Notes under the pieces: model-generated
Databases searched by the model: none
Told to the model about the DNA's origin: nothing
What the model saw: only the letters and a program-made list of their open reading frames with translations
Assembly: GCA_036961355.1 (NCBI GenBank)
Contig: JBALVL010000012.1
Location: 5,954 to 69,953 of the forward strand
Source of the DNA: Motiliproteus sp.
GTDB lineage: Bacteria > Pseudomonadota > Gammaproteobacteria > Pseudomonadales > Balneatricaceae
Direction: 5' to 3'
Length of the DNA stretch: 64,000 nt
Program-made: the position numbers and the translations under genes
Part shown: positions 19,976 to 28,076 of the stretch, piece after piece
Layout of the letters: each line of letters opens with the position of its first letter
Numbering within the stretch: position 1 is the stretch's first letter

Positions 19976-20556
19976 ACCTGACCCTAGCTGAACAGGTACG
20001 CCTGCGACGGCACAGGCGCAGCGGTCTAACAACGCCGCTGAATCTGGTCGCGCTGATGGATGTGTTTACCATCCTGGTGTTTTTCTTTTTAGCGCACTCC
20101 TCCAGTACCGCCCTTAGCGCGGCCGATCAGCAGATCCGTTTACCCGAATCGGTGGCACAACAGCCGCCTCAACCTGCGCTGGTGGTGACGATCACGACGC
20201 GGCAGCTGTTATTGGAGGGTCAGATGGTTGATACGCTGGCGGCGGTGCAAGCATCAGCTGACAGCGCGATACCGGCGCTGGTGCAAGCGTTGGCGGCTGA
20301 GCTTGGGGTTGCAAGGGGAGAGCGTTCTGGGTCATCAAGAGGAGAGAGTAGCGAGTCAACAACAGCAGCGAACACCCAGGCAAGTACCGCGGGTGAAATC
20401 CTGCCCCGTCGCGAAGTCACAATCATGGCTGACTTGTCGATACCGTTTCGGGTGATAAAAAAAGTGATGTTGAGCTGCCAGCAAGCTGGCTACCAACAGA
20501 TTTCGCTGTCGGTGGTACAAAAATCGGTAGCTCAACGATCGGGAGGAACATTGTGA
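19972..20556 (+). CDS. exbD: ExbD/TolR-family biopolymer transport protein (second copy)
   Basis: TPLNLVALMDVFTILVFFFL TM helix. GTG start overlaps the preceding stop as GTGA (19972-19975). Confidence 0.8.
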   Translation: MNLTLAEQVRLRRHRRSGLTTPLNLVALMDVFTILVFFFLAHSSSTALSAADQQIRLPESVAQQPPQPALVVTITTRQLLLEGQMVDTLAAVQASADSAIPALVQALAAELGVARGERSGSSRGESSESTTAANTQASTAGEILPRREVTIMADLSIPFRVIKKVMLSCQQAGYQQISLSVVQKSVAQRSGGTL

Positions 20557-20663
20557 GCGACAGAAGAGGTGGCTTGGTAGATCGGATGTATTGCCAGTAT
20601 TGGCCGTATCGATGTACTAAATCGTTAATTAAGCAGCATGAGCCACAGCAGGGATAAGCGCTG

Positions 20664-21839
20664 ATGGTATCACTGCAAGGGTCCATTACTGTTGGTGCGG
20701 GGGGTGAAAAAGAAGACCGCCTGTTCCATCAATTGTTGGTGTTTACGCTGGCTCTGTTGTTGCTGGCGGGTGTGATCGTACCATTGATAAAACTGCCGTT
20801 ACCGCTGGAGACCGCGCTTGATATGCCGCGACGTGTCGTTCAAATTATCGCGGGTGTGAGAAGCCCGTTTATGCGTCAACAAACGCCGCTTGGTAACCCC
20901 ACCACAGCTGCTATATCCCCGCCAAAAAATACAGCAGAGCCTGCCGTCGTAACCGCACCAACACCAATACCGAAAGTAGCATCGAAACCAATATCTAAAT
21001 TAGTAACGCAGCCCGTCCAGGTGCCAGTAAAGGTCCCCGCAAAATCTACAGCTAAAACGAAAACGAATACAATTGCGCGTACGGTTGAGAAGCCCCAACC
21101 TCCTGCCGTGCCCGCTTCTAATCTTCCAACTTCTGATCCTCAAAACAGAGCGGATGTTCGTCCAAAACCGACAACGGTAAAGCCTGCGCGCAAAAAGGTG
21201 GAACAGACCGGTTTGCTGGCATTCAACGAGACGCTGGCCAAGTTGAGTCAGATACCGATCGCCGAATCGGAAGTCAGCCGATCTGAAACCAACCTCAGTT
21301 CTGCCGTTTTTGATGATAAAACCGTAACATCTTCTGATGCTCTGACCGCCGGGGTGACGTCCGATAGTGGCCTCACCGATTCGGCGAATTTGCTCACGCT
21401 GGCTGCGTTACAGCAGCGGTTGCTGACCCCCGAATCGTCATCTATGGCGGCTGGTGGCGAAGCGGGAACCGGAACCGGACCACAACGTGTGGCGGGTGCA
21501 CCGATAGTGGCGGGACTTTCAGCGGCAAAATACAACAAGGTCAGTAACCGGCGTAGCGAGGAGCAGATTCAGGGGGTGCTCAATCGGCATAAACATACCA
21601 TCTACAAACTCTACAACCGCGAACTGATAGCGGCGCCGGGCTTACAGGGCAAGGTGGTGGTTAGTGTCACCATCACCCCTTCCGGGCGAGTCAGCCGTAG
21701 TCTGATCATCGACAGCGAACTGGCCTCTTCCTCTTTGGAGAGCGGGTTGCTGCGGTTGATCGCAGCAATCGATTTTGGTGCCATCGCCAAGTCACCCACG
21801 GTTACCACTCGGGTGCCTATCGATTTCTTTCCGCAGTAA
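20664..21839 (+). CDS. TonB-like / AgmX-PglI-C-terminal-domain energy-transducer protein
   Basis: One N-terminal TM helix (LLVFTLALLLLAGVIVPLI), a long P/A/K/T-rich linker (PTPIPKVASKPISKLVTQPVQVPVKVPAKS...), and a C-terminal module IYKLYNRELIAAPGLQGKVVVSVTITPSGRVSRSLII that resembles TonB-C/AgmX folds. Confidence 0.7.
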   Translation: MVSLQGSITVGAGGEKEDRLFHQLLVFTLALLLLAGVIVPLIKLPLPLETALDMPRRVVQIIAGVRSPFMRQQTPLGNPTTAAISPPKNTAEPAVVTAPTPIPKVASKPISKLVTQPVQVPVKVPAKSTAKTKTNTIARTVEKPQPPAVPASNLPTSDPQNRADVRPKPTTVKPARKKVEQTGLLAFNETLAKLSQIPIAESEVSRSETNLSSAVFDDKTVTSSDALTAGVTSDSGLTDSANLLTLAALQQRLLTPESSSMAAGGEAGTGTGPQRVAGAPIVAGLSAAKYNKVSNRRSEEQIQGVLNRHKHTIYKLYNRELIAAPGLQGKVVVSVTITPSGRVSRSLIIDSELASSSLESGLLRLIAAIDFGAIAKSPTVTTRVPIDFFPQ

Positions 21840-21918
21840 CCGATCCCGCTGTTCTGTTCCCTGTGCTGCCCCGTGTTCTGTTCGATATCTTTCGGCCCGC
21901 TCTAACGGCGACCGGAGC

Positions 21919-22902
21919 TCAGGAATCGAGCGGGCTACGATTGTGGGGGAGCATAAAGTTGATATCCGGGCCGGTCGGTACGATACGGGTTGGGTTGATG
22001 GTGTCGTGACTGCCGTAATAGTGCGCCTTGATGTTATCTAACTTCACCGTCTCGGCAATGCCGGGTATCTGGTAAAGATCGCGCAGATAGCCCCAGAGAT
22101 TGGGATAATCGACGATACGGCGTTTATTACACTTGAAGTGCCCCACATAGACGGCATCAAAACGTACCAAGGTGGTAAACAGCCGCCAGTCGGCTTCTGT
22201 CACCTGGCTGCCGGTTAAATATCGCTGGCTGGCCAGCCGTTGTTCCAGACTGTCGAGCGCATCGAACAGGTCGGTAACCGCTTCATCATAGGCTTCCTGG
22301 GTGGTGGCAAATCCAGCCCGGTAAACCCCGTTGTTGATCCGTGGATAGATATCATCATTGAGCGGGTCGATCTCTGCCCGCAGGGCTTGCGGGTAATAGT
22401 CACCGGGCTTGGCACCGATCGAATCGAAGGCGCTGTTCAGCATCCGTATGATCTCTGACGACTCATTACTGACGATGGTGTTCAGTTTTTTATCCCAGAG
22501 TATCGGCACGGTGACCCGACCGGTGTAATCGGCCTGCGCCAGGGTATATAGCTGGTGCAGATGAGTCTTGTTATTGACCGTGTCGGCGATCACATCGTCA
22601 CCGGGGTCGAAACTCCAGCCGTCGTCTCCCATAAAAGCATTAACCACCGAAACGGTGATCATTGCTTGTAACCCTTTCAGGGACCTGAAGATGAGGGTCC
22701 GGTGGGCCCAGGGACAAGCCATCGACACGTACAGGTGATAACGTCCGGCTTCGGCTTTAAAGCCGCTATCTCCGGTCGGGCCAGCAGAGCCGTCGTGGGT
22801 TATCCAGTGGCGAAAGCTTGGCGCCTTGCGCTCGAACCGTCCGTTAGTCGATTTGGTGTCGTACCAATCGTTGTGCCATTGACCGTCTACTAATAATCCC
22901 AT
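21919..22902 (-). CDS. yqjG: Glutathionyl-hydroquinone reductase / omega(Xi)-class GST (YqjG family)
   Basis: CPWAHRTLIFR active-site motif, ~327 aa. Start set at MGLLVDGQW (ATG 22900-22902), preceded by an AGGAG RBS. Confidence 0.85.
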   Translation of the reverse strand: MGLLVDGQWHNDWYDTKSTNGRFERKAPSFRHWITHDGSAGPTGDSGFKAEAGRYHLYVSMACPWAHRTLIFRSLKGLQAMITVSVVNAFMGDDGWSFDPGDDVIADTVNNKTHLHQLYTLAQADYTGRVTVPILWDKKLNTIVSNESSEIIRMLNSAFDSIGAKPGDYYPQALRAEIDPLNDDIYPRINNGVYRAGFATTQEAYDEAVTDLFDALDSLEQRLASQRYLTGSQVTEADWRLFTTLVRFDAVYVGHFKCNKRRIVDYPNLWGYLRDLYQIPGIAETVKLDNIKAHYYGSHDTINPTRIVPTGPDINFMLPHNRSPLDS

Positions 22903-22912
22903 GCGGGCCACT

Positions 22913-23030
22913 CCTAAAAATTGGTGTTGTAAAACTGGAGTTGTAAAATTGGCTGTTTTGAAAATAGCGGCTTGTTAAATTAACCGCTTTTAAAATTAGT
23001 CACCCTTAAAATTGACCGTTTTGAAAGTCG
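22913..23030. repeat. About eight degenerate ~15-16-bp units with phased A/T tracts (TTGTAAAAyTGG-like), spanning the pirin stop codon and the pirin-yqjG spacer
   Basis: A-tracts seen at about 22916, 22931, 22945, 22961, 22976, 22992, 23008 and 23023. On the minus strand, the pirin 3' end CAAAACGGTCAATTTTAA recurs downstream as CAAAACAGCCAATTTTAC. Confidence 0.6.
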
Positions 23031-23908
23031 CTGTAAGCCTGCATCACCTCAGCTTTGGTGTTCATCACAAAGGGGCCACCGCGGGCGACGGGTTCGTTAA
23101 GTGGCTGACCGGCGACCAGCAGAAATCGGCTGGTTTCACGGCCACGGACTGTTATCCGATCACCCTCGGTTAACACCGCCAGCGTGCGCGGGCCCACTCT
23201 GCTGTTGCCATCTCCGATCTCAACTTTGCCATCAACGACGTAAAGAAAGGCGTTGTGGTCGACCGGCAAATGCTGCTCGAAGTGATCTCCGGCCTGTAAC
23301 TGGATATCCATGTAGGTGGGGCTGACGTGAGGGTTCTTTACCGGTCCTTCGGTGCCTTGACGGGTGCGCCCTGCAATGACACGAATCTGGGTGCCGCTAT
23401 CCCATTGCTCCACGGCTGTCTGGCTGGCGGGAAACTCCTGATAGGCGGGTTGGCTCATCTTAGCGCTGCGGGGCAAGTTCACCCATAACTGGAAGCCCAT
23501 CAACAGACCGTTTTCCTGCTCCGGCATTTCGGAGTGGACAATACCTTTACCGGCCGTCATCCACTGCACACCGCCCGGTTCTATAACCCCTTCGTGACCC
23601 GCGCTGTCTTTGTGGCGCATTCGTCCGGCCAGTAGATAAGTCACGGTTTCAAAGCCACGATGGGGGTGGCTGGGAAATCCGCCGATGTAGTCCTCGGGCT
23701 GATCGGATTCAAAGGCATCCAACAATAGGAAGGGGTCTAATATATTGAGCTCAGGGCTGCCTATCACGCGAGTTAATTTGACTCCATCGCCATCGGAGGC
23801 CCGTTGACCTGAGGTGGTAAAACTAAGTTCCCGGGTCTTCGTCGAAGACGTTTGTTGATGGCTGTTTGTGTGATTGTTGCTGCTATTGATGGTGCTGTCA
23901 GTGGTCAT
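23006..23908 (-). CDS. Pirin-family protein (quercetin 2,3-dioxygenase-like bicupin)
   Basis: Cupin metal motif GFPSHPHRGFETVTYLLAG plus IVHSE; 300 aa. Confidence 0.9.
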   Translation of the reverse strand: MTTDSTINSSNNHTNSHQQTSSTKTRELSFTTSGQRASDGDGVKLTRVIGSPELNILDPFLLLDAFESDQPEDYIGGFPSHPHRGFETVTYLLAGRMRHKDSAGHEGVIEPGGVQWMTAGKGIVHSEMPEQENGLLMGFQLWVNLPRSAKMSQPAYQEFPASQTAVEQWDSGTQIRVIAGRTRQGTEGPVKNPHVSPTYMDIQLQAGDHFEQHLPVDHNAFLYVVDGKVEIGDGNSRVGPRTLAVLTEGDRITVRGRETSRFLLVAGQPLNEPVARGGPFVMNTKAEVMQAYSDFQNGQF

Positions 23909-24037
23909 AGCGTATCTCCAAATTCTTTGAGGCCGGGAAGTCTTGGCACCGGATTGTTGGCTTGTGAATTGGCTTGTGAATATGAGTCTAGAATACGTGT
24001 TGACCGATAAGGAACAAACAGCGATATTGTCAAATTA

Positions 24038-24058
24038 TTGTTCTTATATTTAGAACAA
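24038..24058. promoter_or_regulatory. Candidate LysR-type operator: TTGTTCT-N7-AGAACAA perfect inverted repeat
   Basis: TTGTTCTTATATTTAGAACAA lies in the pirin/LysR divergent spacer, 16 nt upstream of the LysR ATG. A third GGAACAA copy is at 24011-24017. Confidence 0.4.
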
Positions 24059-24073
24059 AAAAAGGAGGTGGTT

Positions 24074-24982
24074 ATGGGGCAATTGGAGGATATGCAGGTT
24101 TTCATCCGGGTGGTGGAGGCCGGAGGTATCAGCCGGGCGGCCGAGCAGTTGGGTGTTGCCAAGTCGGCTGTCAGTCGGCGCTTAAGCGAACTGGAAGCCC
24201 GATTGGGCACGCGCTTAATCAACCGCACGACCCGCACCTCCAGTTTTACCGAAGCCGGTCGCGGTTATTATGAACGGGCGCTCAAGGTGCTGGACGACGT
24301 CACCGAGATGAATGCGGAGACTGCTGAAGCGAATACGGCGCTGTCCGGTACCTTACGGGTTGCTGTGCCCCTCTCTTTTGGCTTGATGCATCTGAGCCCC
24401 GCCATCGACCTGTTTGCCAAACAACATCCCCAGCTGGCTATTCAGATCGATTTTTCCGATCGTCAGGTCGACATTGTCGAGGAGGGGTTTGATCTTGCCT
24501 TTCGTATTGCCGACTTGAAAGACTCCAGTATTCAGGCCCGCAGAATCTCGCTGGTACGCTTTGTTCTGGTCGCCAGTCCTGACTATCTCAAGCGACAGGG
24601 CACACCGCGGTTACCGGGGGATCTAAAGCAGCACGATATTCTCAAGTACGCCGGTTCCAGCACCTCTCTTTGGCGCATCACCACTGCCGAGGGTGATGAA
24701 AACGCGTTGACACTGCCGAGTAAAATGATCGCCAATAACGGCGATTTCCTTAAAAACATGGCCCTCGCAGGACACGGCATCGCCATGTTGCCAACTTTTT
24801 TAGCGTGGCAGGAATTAGCCTCGGGCGAGCTGGTGACGGTCCTTGCCGATTGCTCGGTACCCGATTCCAGCGCCTATGCGGTGTATTCGCAAACACGTTA
24901 TCTGCCACAGCGGGCAAGGTTGCTGATCGATTTTATGGCCGAACGGTTTGGCGATAATCCCTATTGGGATCAGGCGATCTAA
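24074..24982 (+). CDS. LysR-family transcriptional regulator
   Basis: N-terminal wHTH MQVFIRVVEAGGISRAAEQLGVAKSAVSRRLSELE. Start at MGQLEDM with an AGGAGG RBS. Divergent from the pirin gene. Confidence 0.9.
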   Translation: MGQLEDMQVFIRVVEAGGISRAAEQLGVAKSAVSRRLSELEARLGTRLINRTTRTSSFTEAGRGYYERALKVLDDVTEMNAETAEANTALSGTLRVAVPLSFGLMHLSPAIDLFAKQHPQLAIQIDFSDRQVDIVEEGFDLAFRIADLKDSSIQARRISLVRFVLVASPDYLKRQGTPRLPGDLKQHDILKYAGSSTSLWRITTAEGDENALTLPSKMIANNGDFLKNMALAGHGIAMLPTFLAWQELASGELVTVLADCSVPDSSAYAVYSQTRYLPQRARLLIDFMAERFGDNPYWDQAI

Positions 24983-24985
24983 GAC

Positions 24986-25045
24986 GTTGGGGTAGGGATA
25001 GTAGGGATAGTAGGGGTAGGGATAGCCACTGTAGGGCAGGGGATA
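24986..25045 (+). repeat. G-tract-rich GTAGGGATA tandem repeat (G-quadruplex-prone on the plus strand)
   Basis: GGGGTAGGGATAGTAGGGATAGTAGGGGTAGGGATAGCCACTGTAGGGCAGGGGATA: seven G3-4 runs, with loops of 2-6 nt among the first five runs and between the last two (one 12-nt gap in between). Lies between convergent genes. Confidence 0.75.
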
Positions 25046-25116
25046 CGGTCTCTTGGTTAGTTAAAGGGGCTTACTTCCATGCCCGCCCCTCCTTCCACAC
25101 ACGCAGAAGGCCGTTA

Positions 25117-26661
25117 TTAACGGCGGGCATCGTACCCGGAGTACTCGATACCGGCCATTCTGGCGACCTCATAATGCCAGCTGGCGAGGTCTTCTTTGCT
25201 AAATTGATTAACGTGGGAGTGGCCACAGGCGCGCGCCATCACCTCGATTAACTCGGTTGACGCGGTGAGAAAGTTGGACAAGCGTTCTGCGCCGACATCG
25301 ACCTGCATCCGTGCACGTAACTCGGGTTTCTGGGTCGCAATACCCGCCGGGCAGTTGTTGGTGTTGCAGATTCGAGCCGCGATGCAACCGATCGCCTGCA
25401 TCGCACTGTTGGCCAGCGCAACGCCATCCGCGCCCAACGCTAGCGCTTTAATATAATCGCTAGGTACACGCAGACCTCCGGTGATGATCAGGGTCACCCG
25501 ACCACTCTTACCGCGTTTATCCAGATAATGCCGGGCCCGTGCCAGTGCCGGTATCGTCGGTACACTAATGTGATCGCGAAATAACGCAGGCGCGGCCCCT
25601 GTTCCGCCGCCGCGGCCATCCAGAATAATGTAATCGGCACTGGCCCGTAGCGCGAACTCAATGTCGCGTTCAATATGATTGGCGCTTAGTTTAAAACCTA
25701 TAGGAATACCGCCACTAATCTCGCGGACCCGATCGGCAAAGTGTTTGAAGTCTTGGGGGCTGTGCATATCTTCAAAGGTCGGTGGGGAGATCGCTTCCGT
25801 GCCGGCTTCGATGCAACGAACACTGGCGATTTTTGCGGTGTTTTTGGCACCCGGAAGATGGCCGCCGGTGCCGGTTTTAGCTCCCTGACCGCCTTTAAAA
25901 TGAAACGCCTGTACTTTTTCAAGCAAGGCTTCGCGATAACCAAATTTGGCGCTGGCCAGCTCGTAGAAATAGCGGCTATTGGCCTGTTGCTCTTCGGGTA
26001 ACATGCCGCCTTCCCCCGAGCAGATGCCGGTGCCTGCTAATTCGGCGCCGCGGGCCAGTGCGACTTTGGCTTCCTCTGATAACGACCCAAAACTCATATC
26101 TGAAACAAACAACGGCATCGCCAGTCGAAGCGGTTTCTTACACTCAGGGCCAATAATTAACTCGGTATTGACCGCAACGTCTTCGAGAAGCGGCTGGTGG
26201 TGCAGTTGCGCGGCCATGATCTGGATATCATCCCACTGCGGCAAGTCGACACGCGGAACCCCCATCGCGGTCATCGGTCCATGGTGGCCGGATTTGCTCA
26301 GGCCCTCGCGTGCCAGTTGGTGGATCTGTTCCACGGTGGGTTCTTCGCGGGTGGACTTGGCGGTGGGGATTTGACTGCCGCCTGCCTCAACCCCGGGTCC
26401 CTCAAGGCCAACTTGCGCTGCAGTGAATCTCTTGTGGGTACCATCACAGTAGGGTGAGTTGCCGGTATGTTTGCAGGCGCATAACCACGCCTCGCCATTC
26501 TCCTCCGATACGATGACCTTTGGGGTGAAGCCGCTCCCTACGTGAGAGCCATCACAAAAGGGTTGGCTCTTGGAACGCCCGCAGGTGCAGAAGTGGTACT
26601 CCAAGCCTTTGCTTAATTCCACTTTGACCGGTTTGTTATCGGCAATCATTGGATTTTTCAT
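25117..26661 (-). CDS. Fusion protein: two N-terminal CDGSH iron-sulfur motifs plus an FMN-binding glutamate-synthase (GltB domain 2)-related domain
   Basis: CTCGRSKSQPFCDGSH and CACKHTGNSPYCDGTH in the first ~80 aa. The remainder has GltS-FMN-domain hallmarks (FKGGQGAKTGTGGHLPG, IILDGRGGGTGAAP, ITGGLR). Confidence 0.85.
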   Translation of the reverse strand: MKNPMIADNKPVKVELSKGLEYHFCTCGRSKSQPFCDGSHVGSGFTPKVIVSEENGEAWLCACKHTGNSPYCDGTHKRFTAAQVGLEGPGVEAGGSQIPTAKSTREEPTVEQIHQLAREGLSKSGHHGPMTAMGVPRVDLPQWDDIQIMAAQLHHQPLLEDVAVNTELIIGPECKKPLRLAMPLFVSDMSFGSLSEEAKVALARGAELAGTGICSGEGGMLPEEQQANSRYFYELASAKFGYREALLEKVQAFHFKGGQGAKTGTGGHLPGAKNTAKIASVRCIEAGTEAISPPTFEDMHSPQDFKHFADRVREISGGIPIGFKLSANHIERDIEFALRASADYIILDGRGGGTGAAPALFRDHISVPTIPALARARHYLDKRGKSGRVTLIITGGLRVPSDYIKALALGADGVALANSAMQAIGCIAARICNTNNCPAGIATQKPELRARMQVDVGAERLSNFLTASTELIEVMARACGHSHVNQFSKEDLASWHYEVARMAGIEYSGYDARR

Positions 26662-26819
26662 GCTGTATCCTCACGTCTGCTGACTAAGCCCTGTTAAGGG
26701 GCCCCAACCACCACGAGAACAACGTCATTTCATCTCGTCAGAGAAGTTCAGTGTAGTCACTGCTCACCGAAGAATGGCTAGGGGCTCGCTGATTTTTCCA
26801 GCAGAGCTTGGGGCGATTA

Positions 26820-26841
26820 CCGGGGGATAGCCGGGGGATAG
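26820..26841 (+). repeat. CCGGGGGATAG x2 tandem repeat, related to the GGGATAG repeat at 24986-25045
   Basis: ccgggggatagccgggggatag read directly. Same orientation as the downstream repeat; the two arrays bracket gene 25117..26661. Confidence 0.7.
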
Positions 26842-27229
26842 CCCGAGCGGAAGAGATCAAACAGGTGTCAGATGGGCGAGTGCCGCCTTTCTCATTGCCG
26901 AGCCAGACCGCATTGATGTCTGGATTCGAAAGGCGATTGTGATGAATAGGATGGTTAAAAACGGTGAGAATTGGGAGGTAAATATGGCTTAATTATCTTG
27001 CTGGGAAGCCACAGTCACTTGTTGGGGAAGGCCCAATTAAGTCCTTCCTTACCGCCGCAACCAGATGCTTCGCCAGTAAGACCAACAGTCTTAATGATTA
27101 GTCCATTAAGCCGGCCTAATCAGACAAAAACGTTGTGTTCCTGTCATCCGGATCATTAGCGACAGAAACACAGGCCACCACCCCAGCAGCGGAAGCAGGG
27201 AAACGCCCCTGTTTACAGAACTCCAAGCT

Positions 27230-27826
27230 TTAATCACGAACCAGTATCGATTCCAGCTCAGCAAAACTTTGTACGATACCCGTTGGTTGGATTTTGATAC
27301 CGAGAAGGCGGCCAATATGGGTAATGGAAAAAAGACCACAGACCCTGCCTCCCCCATTTGAGTCACTTTCCATCACTAGTGCGTGCTGACGGGAGGAATC
27401 ACGGAGCGTGGTAACAATATCCCCCACCTGAGCATTGCAAACATCCTCAAAGGTCAGCGCCTCGATCTGCTCGCGGGGTGTCATGATGTTCGCAACTAGG
27501 ATCTGATCACGTGACAAGCGCTCTTGTGAGGCATAAACCACCGGCTTTTCTCCCATTACATCACGGGAGGTGATGACGCCTACCAGCATCGTATGGTTGT
27601 CGACCACCAATAACATGCGCACCTCTGCGGAGATCATACGCTGTAGTGCATCATCAATGGCCAGCTGAGGTGAGACCGTAATGGCTTTTACTATTTTTAG
27701 ATCGGTCATCACACTGATAGCAGGATCTGTGGGTTTGATCTTATCTTCGGTGGTTGATCCACTTTGATAGACAGGGGTATTTTCAGGGAGAGAGATGTTG
27801 TTGAGTTTCTTAAAGACTTCGTTCAT
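27230..27826 (-). CDS. CBS-domain pair protein
   Basis: 198 aa with two CBS-like modules (VMTDLKIVKAITVSPQLAIDDALQRMISAEVRMLLVVD..., IMTPREQIEALTFED...QHALVME). Confidence 0.75.
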   Translation of the reverse strand: MNEVFKKLNNISLPENTPVYQSGSTTEDKIKPTDPAISVMTDLKIVKAITVSPQLAIDDALQRMISAEVRMLLVVDNHTMLVGVITSRDVMGEKPVVYASQERLSRDQILVANIMTPREQIEALTFEDVCNAQVGDIVTTLRDSSRQHALVMESDSNGGGRVCGLFSITHIGRLLGIKIQPTGIVQSFAELESILVRD

Positions 27827-28076
27827 CTGGTACCTCGCTGTTGAATGTATCTACGGCTCGATGAGATGGATAGCTATTAACCTGACCCTCGCTCGACAGT
27901 ATTATTCTAGTAATTAAATCTAGACTAGCTGATGAGAATGGATAACTGAAATGAGCAGTTGAAATGAAGGTATTTAGAAACTAAATAGTCTGGTTTGGTT
28001 GTATTACGCCATCGTTATGTGAATTCCCGAGTAGCAACGGTCTGCTTTGAGGCGGTAGAAAGCTGTTCCATAAAAT

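Noticed and set aside
18236-25045. Checked whether the short tandem arrays (18236-18338, 22913-23030, 24986-25045) could be CRISPR arrays.
   Set aside because: The units are 9-16 bp and contiguous without unique spacers, and no cas genes are nearby. They are not CRISPR.
26662-27229. ORFs 26971..27159 (+) and 27106..27366 (-) in the 570-bp spacer upstream of the CDGSH-GltS gene; also considered a riboswitch or sRNA.
   Set aside because: The ORFs are short, overlap each other and the CBS gene end, and lack an RBS or motif. I could not recognise any known riboswitch consensus by eye, so nothing is called.
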